From: Myxococcota bacterium
GTDB taxonomy: Bacteria > Myxococcota_A > SURF-8 > G963663525
Assembly (NCBI GenBank): GCA_963676915.2
Contig: CAXXVK010000024.1
Span: 55,530 to 119,529 of the forward strand
DNA: 64,000 nt
Reading direction: 5' to 3'
In this document: in pieces, positions 1 to 9,760 of the stretch
Layout: every line of letters starts with the position of its first letter
Numbering within the stretch: the first letter of the stretch is position 1
Translations under genes and position numbers: made by a program
The notes under the pieces: model-generated
The model's input: the letters and a program-made list of their open reading frames with translations, nothing else
What the model was told of the DNA's origin: nothing
Databases searched by the model: none

Positions 1-178
1 TATCGTACAGCTTGCTGATTTTCGGGAAAGCCGTCTGAATCTCTTCCGCCGTTCCCGTGTCGAGCAGAGCGAAGAACTTTTTCAATTCCGTACGCAAGGT
101 GCTTATTTTGTGGCGATTGCGTAAACGGGCTTTTTCATTGGTCTTAATGCGTTTGATTGCCGACTTGTGGTGTGCCAC
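1..178 (-). CDS. rpsT: 30S ribosomal protein S20 (3' end runs off the window)
   Basis: Not in the ORF track. Manual translation from GTG at 178 gives MAHHKSAIKRIKTNEKARLRNRHKISTLRTELKKF..., the S20 N-terminal signature. SD AAGGAGG at 184-190. Confidence 0.92.
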   Translation of the reverse strand, partial: MAHHKSAIKRIKTNEKARLRNRHKISTLRTELKKFFALLDTGTAEEIQTAFPKISKLYD

Positions 179-240
179 AACGTCCTCCTTTGAATCGTAT
201 CATTTCAGCCATTCACGTTCAGGTGAATGGACTCATCTTT

Positions 241-804
241 TTAAAGACCGTAACGAGGATTGTCAAGCAAATTCCCTTCTTTTTTGCCTGTCGTGTCAAA
301 ACGTTCGCCTTCTTGACACATCTTCGCCAACGCTGCATTCCACGAGTCGGAGTCGGCGATCAGGCAAGACCATCCTGAGCTTCCGCATTCATAACGCCAG
401 AACTCAAGCACGAGGCCAACCACCTGCGATGAAAGCGGCTCTCCATACTGCCGGATTCGGAACAGCCCCAAGGCTTTTTCTTTTGCAGCGTTTCGGTAGA
501 TGTCCTCCACGGCCAGCGCAGCCACTGCAAGGGTGAAATCATCTGAATTTTCGGTGAGATAGCCAATCAATGCGTTTCGGTTGTCGTGCTTGACGAGTTG
601 CAGGCTGGCATCGGCTACAAGTCTCAACTGCCCTATAAAACACGCTTTTTCAAATCCTGTCATCCTCAATCGTCGGAGAAATTCTTCGTCGGAGAACCCC
701 GGAACCTTCGCTTGAAAGGTTTCCATGAATCGAGTCAGGCATGGGCTTTCCAACGTAATGGGGGAAAAGCGCCGGTTGAGTTTTTCGAGGGTCGTCCACG
801 GCAT
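241..804 (-). CDS. hypothetical protein (187 aa)
   Basis: ORF starts 2 bp after the MMPL gene stop and fills the gap to rpsT. No recognisable motif. Confidence 0.6.
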   Translation of the reverse strand: MPWTTLEKLNRRFSPITLESPCLTRFMETFQAKVPGFSDEEFLRRLRMTGFEKACFIGQLRLVADASLQLVKHDNRNALIGYLTENSDDFTLAVAALAVEDIYRNAAKEKALGLFRIRQYGEPLSSQVVGLVLEFWRYECGSSGWSCLIADSDSWNAALAKMCQEGERFDTTGKKEGNLLDNPRYGL

Positions 805-806
805 GT

Positions 807-3143
807 TCAGCCCTCCACGGTCTGGGGATGAGTCGGCAGGACGGGTACTTCGTAGCTGGAAGGCTCTTGGCTCGGCTCCAGGAATCGAGGACGTAGCCAG
901 AGAACGAGCGAAGGCAGCAGCGCCATAGCTCCGGCCAGACAGGCTCCGATGCTTACGAAGACCAGGAACCCGAAGAACTGAACCGGGAGGAACGAGGAAA
1001 TCATCAGCACGGCGAATCCGACGATCACCGACAGGGCGTTGAACACGATGCCACGTCCGGTGGTGGTCAGGGTTTCTACGACGGCTTTGCGGGCTTCCAG
1101 TCCACGTTCTCGTTCTTCTTTGTATCTCCAGAGGAAATGAATGGTGTAATCGACGCCGACGCCGATCATGATGCTGCTGAGCATGGCGGTGGTGACGTTA
1201 AGCTCGATATTCATCAACCCCATCAGTCCAAACAGCACCATCATGGCGAGAACCAAGGGAACGCAGGCCATCAGTCCGGCGGTGACGGAGCGGAACAGCA
1301 GCCCCACGAGAAGGAAAATGGCCAGCAGCGACAAAGACAGGCTGACGAGTTGCCCGCGAACCACTTCCTCGGCCATGTCGGAAAATACGTTGGCCATGCC
1401 GCCTACCACGGTGAACGGCGCGTCCGGGTGATTGTCTACATAGGTTTTGGCGTGATCGACGACCGAGCTGATCGCTTTTGTCGTGTGGTTGTTGACCCGA
1501 GCCGTGATGTTCGCATGTTTGTAAGGAAAATCAATGAGTTTGTCGAAGTCGTCCGGTTCGCCACTCATGGAATACAGTAGAAAGTATTGGGCGATGGCGT
1601 CACGGGAATCGGGAACCGTATTGTAGGCCGGGTCGTCGTCGTGCATGACTTCGTTCATGTCCCGCACGATTTCCGAAATCGAGGTGACGACATCCACGTC
1701 GGGGTGTTTTTCCATGTGTCGGTGCAAGTCGTCGATGGCGTTCATGACCTTCGGGGATTTGATGTCCCCGTCGGCAACGATCGACACCGCGAAATTTCCG
1801 CCGAAGTGGTCGTTGATCAGGTTGGCGCCTTCACGGACCGGTGCGCCTTCCGGGTAGTAGTTGACCGAATTCGTATCCACGGAAATCAGGAAGATTCCGC
1901 CGGAAATCCCCAGAGCTACCACCACGAACAGGGCGACAATCGTTTTTGGGAAACGAACGATGCCATTCGCCAGCCGATGCAGCAGGCGTTCGAGCATTCG
2001 GGGCTGGTCGCTTGAATCACCGGACTGGAGTTGCACCGGTTTGGCGCGAGGGAGGACGGTTTGCACGGCAGGGAGGAAAAACAGGCTGGCCAGCAGGGCA
2101 AAAGCCACACCCGCCGAAGCCAGGTACCCCATTTGTTCGGCAGGGATCAGGATATGGCTGCTCAAACACAGCAGCCCGGCAATGGTGGTCACGCCGGTCA
2201 CGAGCACCGGTTTGGCCATGGCCAATACACCTTTTTTCGCCAGATCTCGGCGGCTTTCACGATTGCCGGGCAGATTGTCTTCCTGGTAACGGGCCACCAT
2301 GTGAATGCCGTAATCGTTGGCCACGGCGATCAGCATGACGGGGAGGATCACCGTCACGACCATGATTTTCCAACCCAACAGCGGTATCAATCCCATGGAA
2401 ACGACCACGGCCATGATCGTGATGAGAAACGGCAGCAACACGCCCCGAAGTTGTCGGAAACACAGGTAAAAGAAGATCAACATGACTAGCAGGCCGATCG
2501 GCATAAACGTCCGCATGTCGCGACCGATATCTTTCCCTATATTGGACCGAATGTACGGCGCACCACCAACATGAACGGCTTCGGGGCCGGGAAATTCTTC
2601 GAGCAAAGCATCCAGTTTGCTCAGGACTTCGCCGTCGGTGGCGTCGGCATTCAGAAAACCTACGATGGAGGCGTGCTTGAAATCTTTCGAAATGACGCGA
2701 CCATACACTTGATCGTTGTCCATCAGGGTGCGTCGAAGGGCTTCGCGGTCGGCTTTCGTTTTCGGGAGGGTCTCGATCGCCGGGTTGACGATCATCTCTC
2801 CGTCTCGACCATGGATATCTTTCAATGCGAACGGACTGAACACTTTGTCCAATTCCATCATACGTTCGAAGCGGTCGGAAAGTTTTTCGATACGTGCCAG
2901 CGTATCCGCATTGAGTACATCATCCGTCGAGAACGTCACGATCAGCATGTCGGTGCCGCCGAACAGTTCCTCGATGCGATCCAACGATTTGCGGGCGGGC
3001 ATATCGTCGGGCATCTGGTTGGTCATTTCCGGGTCTACTTCCATTTTCGGCAGTTGAGCTGCAAAAAAGGCCGTGATTCCCAGAAATACGAAAATTGTGA
3101 CCCAGGGATGTCGGACGACGGCGTTTGCGAGTTTCTCTAGCAT
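807..3143 (-). CDS. MMPL/RND-superfamily exporter (COG1033-like)
   Basis: 778 aa with duplicated halves and about 12 TM helices. Motifs IAVANDYGIH and IGVGVDYTIH. SD AAGGAG upstream. Confidence 0.92.
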   Translation of the reverse strand: MLEKLANAVVRHPWVTIFVFLGITAFFAAQLPKMEVDPEMTNQMPDDMPARKSLDRIEELFGGTDMLIVTFSTDDVLNADTLARIEKLSDRFERMMELDKVFSPFALKDIHGRDGEMIVNPAIETLPKTKADREALRRTLMDNDQVYGRVISKDFKHASIVGFLNADATDGEVLSKLDALLEEFPGPEAVHVGGAPYIRSNIGKDIGRDMRTFMPIGLLVMLIFFYLCFRQLRGVLLPFLITIMAVVVSMGLIPLLGWKIMVVTVILPVMLIAVANDYGIHMVARYQEDNLPGNRESRRDLAKKGVLAMAKPVLVTGVTTIAGLLCLSSHILIPAEQMGYLASAGVAFALLASLFFLPAVQTVLPRAKPVQLQSGDSSDQPRMLERLLHRLANGIVRFPKTIVALFVVVALGISGGIFLISVDTNSVNYYPEGAPVREGANLINDHFGGNFAVSIVADGDIKSPKVMNAIDDLHRHMEKHPDVDVVTSISEIVRDMNEVMHDDDPAYNTVPDSRDAIAQYFLLYSMSGEPDDFDKLIDFPYKHANITARVNNHTTKAISSVVDHAKTYVDNHPDAPFTVVGGMANVFSDMAEEVVRGQLVSLSLSLLAIFLLVGLLFRSVTAGLMACVPLVLAMMVLFGLMGLMNIELNVTTAMLSSIMIGVGVDYTIHFLWRYKEERERGLEARKAVVETLTTTGRGIVFNALSVIVGFAVLMISSFLPVQFFGFLVFVSIGACLAGAMALLPSLVLWLRPRFLEPSQEPSSYEVPVLPTHPQTVEG

Positions 3144-3158
3144 GTCTTTCTCCTTAAA

Positions 3159-3239
3159 ATGAACCTGAACTCAACTTCATATTTGTGACGGTACCGTGAT
3201 GTGCGAGGTTTGTCAAGATGAATTTGAGTTCAGATTCAC
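3159..3239. promoter_or_regulatory. pair of inverted 22-bp TetR-type operators flanking the exporter promoter
   Basis: ATGAACCTGAACTCAACTTCAT (3159-3180) matches the reverse complement of 3218-3239 (GTGAATCTGAACTCAAATTCAT) at 19/22. TTGACA on the minus strand at 3211-3216. Confidence 0.75.
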
Positions 3240-3297
3240 TTTTTCCGTTGATTTTTTTCTCTCGGGTTGTTATTTATGGAATAAGAGGAGGCAAGAC

Positions 3298-3918
3298 ATG
3301 ACACCGAAGACTGTCAGCAAACCGAAACAAGCCCGTTCGATTCGTACGAAAGAGAAGATCATCGAAGCCGGAACGAAGCTGTTTTCCGAGATCGGTTACC
3401 GGAAAACCGATTCCAAGAAAATCGCCGAAACCGCCGGGGTGGCGATCGGTAGTTTTTACAATTACTTTCCCGATAAAAAGCAGTTGCTGCTAGAAATCTT
3501 CCGTCGCCATCTGGAAGATGCCCATAACGCAACCATGGGATTGAAAACCTTCGACGCCACCAAGCAAGACCCCAAGGCGTTTTTAGCCGGAATGTTGCGA
3601 CATATTCTGAAACAGCACAAAGAAGGACCGGCTTTTCACCTGGAAATGGATCTGATGAAAAGCAGCGACGAGGATTTTTTCCAGCTTCATTTGGAAGAAC
3701 AAACCAAGATCTTAGGGGCGGTGCAAGCCATGCTCGACAACAACCGCTCGGTTTTTCGTATCAAAGATACGGAGGCGGCGGCTTATGTCCTCGTTACATC
3801 CATCGAGGCCGTATTTCACTCCATGCTGCTTTTCGAGCCGCCTGTTTCTCAGGAACGGGTTCTGGCCGAGTTGACGGACAGTTTTATTCGTTACCTTCAC
3901 CCTGATGATGGAGTATAA
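3298..3918 (+). CDS. TetR/AcrR family transcriptional regulator
   Basis: HTH KIAETAGVAIGSFYNYFPDKKQLL. ATG 3298 follows GAGGAGG. Divergent from the exporter. Confidence 0.93.
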   Translation: MTPKTVSKPKQARSIRTKEKIIEAGTKLFSEIGYRKTDSKKIAETAGVAIGSFYNYFPDKKQLLLEIFRRHLEDAHNATMGLKTFDATKQDPKAFLAGMLRHILKQHKEGPAFHLEMDLMKSSDEDFFQLHLEEQTKILGAVQAMLDNNRSVFRIKDTEAAAYVLVTSIEAVFHSMLLFEPPVSQERVLAELTDSFIRYLHPDDGV

Positions 3919-3927
3919 GACAGGGGG

Positions 3928-5037
3928 TTAGTGATCCATACAACATCGAAACCCAATAAATTCCCATGATGTATAGGATTTTCTGTTTTGCGTCGGATCA
4001 TCTGGATTACATTTTAAATGATCTGAGTAAGTACAAACCCAGTAACATCCAAGATAGTTATAATTAGAACTTCCCTGAATAAAGGTAGTAGCTGACCATT
4101 CAGCAAGATTCCCAATCTGGTCGTACACCCCATCTTGGCTAATACATTGATTGTATTGACCTGTTTCAATCGGATCATTCATGCCAGTATGGCATGCATC
4201 CTCAATAAAAACATTTCCGTAGGGAAACAGATAATGTTGCGAACCTTCACAGGCTCGAATCCACTCATCCATGCTGCAAAGGCGCTTGTTGCTATTCAAG
4301 CAAGCCTTCCTGGCCTGAAGCCAGGTAATATACCTTGACGGTAGCACGTTTTCGAGACTACAGGCATAAACGGGTGTTGTTTGATCTCCTAACTCGTCTT
4401 CCCTTGGGCAATTACCACCCTCGATGCACTCACCGTTTTCATCGCAATCCACACACTTTGGAAATCCATCGGGATAGTCGTCTTCATACTGCCCGTAAGC
4501 TGTGCCGCTGCAATCCTCGTATTCCATCGCTACGGCTTCCCAACGATCAACGCAATAGTCATCCACCAATACCATTTCCGGGTGCCCCGGACACTCTACG
4601 ATCGTGCTTCCTTCCTCTCGTTCTTCATCGGTGTCGTTTTCTATAGGATCGTTGTCCTGAATATCCGTATCCTCATCAGGTTCGATTTCTTCTTCGTCAA
4701 TATCCCCCGGAGTGGCGCAATCGCCATCCAGACAAATTCTACCGAGATCCGCGCAATCCCGATAGAACCGCCACTCATTTTCAGTGCATCTGTTAACAAT
4801 GCTATTGCTTCCCGGTTGGCAACGGAAGGCGTCCGGTTCGCAGAGAAGGGAAGGTTCTTCCTCGTCTAAAGGGTCTGAATCGGTTGAGGCGTCGTTTTCC
4901 ACCTCGGTAATGTCCGAATCGCTTTCGAGGGGAGGTTGTGACGAATCACTGCAACTTGCCAAAACAAACACCAAAAGGAGAAAAATCCCCAACAGACCAA
5001 ACGAAGAATCAGATTTCAATCGGAAAAACAACACCAT
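3928..5037 (-). CDS. Cys-rich lipoprotein with C-terminal FGE-sulfatase (SUMF1/CLec-fold) domain
   Basis: Lipobox VLASC, acidic linkers, KRLC..EW..AC, GNLAEW, terminal GFRCC. Start codon uncertain. Confidence 0.8.
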   Translation of the reverse strand: MVLFFRLKSDSSFGLLGIFLLLVFVLASCSDSSQPPLESDSDITEVENDASTDSDPLDEEEPSLLCEPDAFRCQPGSNSIVNRCTENEWRFYRDCADLGRICLDGDCATPGDIDEEEIEPDEDTDIQDNDPIENDTDEEREEGSTIVECPGHPEMVLVDDYCVDRWEAVAMEYEDCSGTAYGQYEDDYPDGFPKCVDCDENGECIEGGNCPREDELGDQTTPVYACSLENVLPSRYITWLQARKACLNSNKRLCSMDEWIRACEGSQHYLFPYGNVFIEDACHTGMNDPIETGQYNQCISQDGVYDQIGNLAEWSATTFIQGSSNYNYLGCYWVCTYSDHLKCNPDDPTQNRKSYTSWEFIGFRCCMDH

Positions 5038-5684
5038 GGAATGCTCCGAAATTCGAAAAACGGTAAAACAGTTCGGAATTATATCGTGGGGAACAAGCAA
5101 AGATGTGAATAGATTCGAAACTACTCTGAAATTCCGAATCGTGCAACTTCATCGGAAATTCGGGACTTCTCCCATTTTTCCCATGTATGAATGGGAATAC
5201 CTTAATTTGGAAGGACGAACGACGTCGGGAAATTCCTCGAACTGTGTCGATGGACATTTTCGAAAATTGTCGGGTGAAAATCCGTCAAACCTGATGGATT
5301 TTTCCAAAACTCCCTTTCAAGGGAACAATACCCCGAACGACATTGAAAAAGAGGTCGAAATCAAAGCGGTCCGTGCCACCTCTCGGCGCTTGAATTTCTC
5401 TTAAAAAAGCTCTAACTCCATGGTATCAGTGGAGTTACTCAAGCCTTTGGAAAAAGGGTGGACATTTTCCTACGATGCGTTTAAATAAGCGCTGAATTCA
5501 TTGACTGTTTTTCCAAGGATGGACTTCACTTCATGCTTTGGAACGGGAAGCCCATTCCAAGTGACTGGTGCATCCGGCAGATATCTTTCGAAGGCTGCAT
5601 TCGTTAGAAAAATCACCGGATCTTGCCGTAACCCGTCGGTTCGCCGACCCTCCAGAAGCGAAAAAAAATCGCGGGGAGAAAATC

Positions 5685-6685
5685 ATGGATCGAGACAGCT
5701 GCTTCGCCGCCGAAATCAGTGCCCCAGATATCAACAAAATGGTTCTGATGACGGGACGTTCCTACCCGGAATATGCGGAAAAAGTGGCCAGGCATCTTGG
5801 TGTAAAACTTCAGATCGCCAAAACCAAGGAATTCAGCAACGACAACACCTTCGTCAAGCTCCCTTGCAACGTCCGAGGGCGGGATGTCTACATTATTCAG
5901 ACCTCTTCCGCACCCGTGAACACCCATTTCATGGAACTCTGCATGATGGTCCGGGCCTGTGTCACTTCGTCGGCCAAGTCCGTGAACGTCATCACGCCGT
6001 ATGCGTTTTACCTCCCGTAGCGAGAAAAAAGACCAGCCCCGCATCTGCATCACGGGCCGTCTTTGCGCGGATTTCCTCGAATCCGCCGGAGTTACCCGCG
6101 TGATTACGCTCAACCTCCATGCGCAAGCCTTCGGAGCGTTTTTCAGCGTGCCGTTCGATCAGCTCTTCGCCGATGACGTGCTGTGCGACGCCCTGCACGA
6201 ACACATGCCGATCGACAACTCGGTTATCGTCACACCCGATGTGGGTGGCGCGAAACTGGCGGAACGCTTTTCGAAATTCCTCGACCTTCCGCTGGCCTTT
6301 CTTTACAAAAAACGCACCGACAACAAGGAAAATCCGGTCATCACCGCCTGTGCGGGCGATGTCGCCGGGAAAAAACGCCATTATCGTGGACGACGAAATC
6401 AACACGGGCGGCAGCTTCATTTCCGCCATCGAATACCTGAACAACCTGGGGGCCAAGAGCATTTACGGCTGTGTCATCCATCCGGCCTTCGCACCGGGCG
6501 CCCTCAAGCGCATCTGTGATACGGATATCGCCAAATTGCTGGTGGCGGACTCTTTCCCGATCACCGAACAATGCCCGGAGAAACTCGTGGTCGTCAGCAC
6601 GAGCGAACTGGTAGCCAAAGCCATCAAGCAGATTTTCAACAAAAAATCGATCACCGGACTGTTCCCCCACCACGACCGCTTCTGA
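5685..6685 (+). CDS. prs: ribose-phosphate pyrophosphokinase (divergent; 2 apparent frameshifts near 6010 and 6372)
   Basis: VRGRDVYIIQT, RSEKKDQPR, PDVGG, KKR and IIVDDEINTGGS are spread over three consecutive frames. Confidence 0.85.
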
Positions 6686-6707
6686 TCCAAGCGCATTTAA
6701 AATCTAC

Positions 6708-6742
6708 ACGTCCCGAATCGTCAACGATTTCGGGACGTTTTC
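6708..6742 (+). terminator. intrinsic terminator after prs
   Basis: ACGTCCCGAATCGT...ACGATTTCGGGACGT hairpin followed by a short T run. Confidence 0.6.
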
Positions 6743-7039
6743 ATTTGAAGAGATATTGAGTTTTTTCCAGGCTCTTTCCCTTTTCCTATGCCCCTATGTC
6801 ATCGTGTCGAAAACTATTTTTCCTGAGCTTTCAGGTTTGAACTCATCCGTTTTCGTAGTACACTGGGCTTGCATTTTCGGCACCCATTTCTTTGCAACAG
6901 GAACCGCTTATTGAAAATCGTTTTTCTTCAAAACGTTCCATTCGCCGAAACTGCAAACCTTTATTCGTGTTCGTCTTTTTTTTAATTGTGACCTTGTGGG
7001 AAGTCTTGCACGAAGACCACCCGCAAGCAGGAGGGAAAA

Positions 7040-8672
7040 ATGAGTAACGCTTTGTTTCACGTCCCTGTCCCGACCAATGAGCCGATTCTGAACTACGCTC
7101 CGAACAGCCCCGAAAAACTGGAACTCAAACGCAAACTGGAGGAATTGTCCGGTAAAACGGTGGACATTCCCCTGATCATCGGGGGCGAGGAAATCCGTAC
7201 AGGAAACACCGACACCTGCATTATGCCTCATAAGCACGGTCATGTGCTGGCTACATATCACCAGGCAGGCGAAAAAGAAATCGATCTGGCCGTAGAAGCC
7301 TCACGAGAAGCCTGGAAACAATGGTCGAAACTGGACTACGCCGAGCGGCTGTCCATTTTCCTTAAAATGGCCGAATTACTGCAAGGACCGTGGCGGGCGA
7401 CCCTTAACGCCGCCACCATGCTGGCTCAGTCCAAAACAGCGTTTCAGGCGGAAATCGATTCGGCCTGCGAATTGATCGACTTCTGGCGTTTCAACGCCCA
7501 CTACGCCCAACAGATTTTCTCGGATCAACCCGGCAACGCACCCGGAATCTGGGACCGCAGCGAGTGGCGACCGTTGGAAGGCTTCGTACTGGCCGTCACG
7601 CCGTTCAACTTTACCTCCATCGCCGGAAACCTGCCGACCGCCCCAGCCATGCTGGGCAACGTAGCGATATGGAAACCGGCTTCCACTGCCGTGTATTCGG
7701 GCTATTACCTGATGAAGCTGTTCGAAGCCGCCGGATTGCCCAAGGGCGTCATCAACTTCCTACCGGGACCGGGCAAGCTGATCGGACCGAAACTTCTGAA
7801 ACATCCGGAACTTGCAGGCGTCCATTTCACCGGCTCGACCGCCACGTTCCAGTCCATGTGGAAAACCGTGGGAGAGAACATCACCGGCTATCGCTCCTAT
7901 CCTCGCATCGTCGGTGAAACCGGCGGCAAGGATTTCATCATCGCCCATCCATCGGCAGATATCGACGAATTGGCCATCGCCATCGTGCGGGGCGCTTTCG
8001 AATTCCAGGGGCAGAAATGCTCCGCAGCCAGTCGCGCTTACATCCCCGAATCCTTGTGGGGAGAACTAAAAACCAAGCTCGTCGCCCACTGCGCGGAAAT
8101 CAAGATGGGAAATCCCAGCGATTTCCGCAACTTCATGGCGGCAGTCATCGACCGGGCCAGCTTCGACAAAATCAAGGGCTACATCGATTTCGCCAACGAA
8201 TCCCCGGACTACGAACGCCTCCTTGGTGGAACCTGCGACGATTCCGAGGGATATTTCATCGAGCCGACGATCTTCGTTACCACCGATCCCAAAGCCCGAC
8301 TGATGGAAGAAGAGATTTTCGGCCCGGTAATGACGCTGTACGTCTACCCCGACGAACAATACGAAGAGACGCTTGTGTTGCTTGACGGCACCTCTCCCTA
8401 TGCTCTGACCGGCGCGGTGTTCTCGAAAGATCGCTATGCCGTGCAAAAAGCCCATGAAATCCTTCGCTATTCGGCAGGGAATTTCTACGTGAACGACAAA
8501 CCTACCGGTGCGGTGGTAGGCCAACAACCATTCGGCGGCAGTCGCGCCAGCGGAACCAACGACAAAGCCGGTTCCATGATCAACCTGCTGCGTTGGCTCA
8601 GTCCGCGAACCATCAAGGAAACCTTCGTTCCTCCGAAAGATTTCCGTTATCCCCCATATGGACGAAGAATGA
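7040..8672 (+). CDS. pruA: L-glutamate gamma-semialdehyde (delta-1-pyrroline-5-carboxylate) dehydrogenase
   Basis: TPFNFT, GETGGKDF, FEFQGQKCSA, EEIFGP, QQPFGGSRASGTNDKAG. The true stop is probably TGA 8670-8672, because an extra C in the C5 run at 8651 extends the ORF to 8908. Confidence 0.93.
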
Positions 8673-8726
8673 TCACCTTTTCGACTTCCAAAACGATCTC
8701 TCTCCTGCACAAATCTGTGGGAGGGA

Positions 8727-9608
8727 GTGCGTTTTTTGATCTTTCTGTGCCTGTTTTTTGCGATTTGTTTCGCCCCTGCCGACTCTTTTGCGGCATCGAA
8801 AGACAAAGCGCAGGAATCTTCGACAACGTTTTCGCTTCCTTCTTTGGAACGAAGCGAACGTTCCGCGTCACCGTGGATTCGCACCCCTCACGGCAAAGGG
8901 GCTGGTAGTATCAGCTACCATCCGGGCCGCTTGAAAGATCCGGGCGGAGGGCCGAAATCTTTCGATGTGGATGACAAAGGACGACTCTACATTCTGGATT
9001 CCTCTCAGAATCGTCTGGTTATCGTAGAGAAAAACGGTTCGATCCGACCTTTGGTTTCCATGCCGAAGGATGGAATCGATACCGTTTCCACTCCCAACGG
9101 GTTGTACGTCCTGCACGCCCAGCCTTCCATCGTGACATGTTTGAAAGAAAAGGGACAACCGGTCGTCTACAAACTTTCCAAAAGCTGTACGGGACTAAAA
9201 CGAACGAACCAAGGAATAGTGGCCACGCACCGACGCGGCGGTTTTCTATTGAACGACGACGGCACCGTAACCGAGACACAACAACCCGCTTTTTCCGTAC
9301 GAATGGCCAAAGATCGAATTCTTCTACAACCGTCAGACACGCCCGGCAAACCGGTATTCGTCCTCGATTTTCCCAAGGATGAAATTCCAGGCTCCGTCCG
9401 TCTGTTACATGCGGATAAAGAGAAAAAACGTATTTTGGTTGAAACTGGCGACCACGCCCGAGCGCGGTTCGGTGCTTCCCATCTCCAGTTTGATCAGAAT
9501 CGATGCAAAAACGGTCCGAAATCCGCCGTTTCCTTCTTCCTCCCTCCGGGGAGGGAAGCCCGTCGTACAAGATCAAAGTTGCGCCAAACGATGCATTGTA
9601 CGTCATGA
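8727..9608 (+). CDS. secreted hypothetical protein (possible beta-propeller/NHL-like segment)
   Basis: Signal peptide MRFLIFLCLFFAICFAPADSFA. GPKSFDVDDKGRLYILDS resembles an NHL repeat. The 3' end may be frameshifted. Confidence 0.6.
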   Translation: MRFLIFLCLFFAICFAPADSFAASKDKAQESSTTFSLPSLERSERSASPWIRTPHGKGAGSISYHPGRLKDPGGGPKSFDVDDKGRLYILDSSQNRLVIVEKNGSIRPLVSMPKDGIDTVSTPNGLYVLHAQPSIVTCLKEKGQPVVYKLSKSCTGLKRTNQGIVATHRRGGFLLNDDGTVTETQQPAFSVRMAKDRILLQPSDTPGKPVFVLDFPKDEIPGSVRLLHADKEKKRILVETGDHARARFGASHLQFDQNRCKNGPKSAVSFFLPPGREARRTRSKLRQTMHCTS

Positions 9609-9760
9609 ACGTCAACGATTCGGCCACATCGGTCTACCGGTTTCCGCTGTAAACAAAAAAAAACGTTTTCCACACTGCCGGAAGCGCTTAAGCTTCCTTG
9701 ACTCCCCTCTTATAGTTGGCTAGGCTGTGCGCGTTTGTTGCTAGTCTTTATGGAGGAGTC

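Noticed and set aside
5100-5680. tRNA-Gln or a riboswitch upstream of prs
   Set aside because: No cloverleaf or T-arm motif and no recognisable aptamer, only short hairpins.
8673-8908. C-terminal extension of P5C dehydrogenase overlapping the next gene
   Set aside because: Removing one C from the run at 8651-8655 restores a normal end (YPHMDEE-stop).
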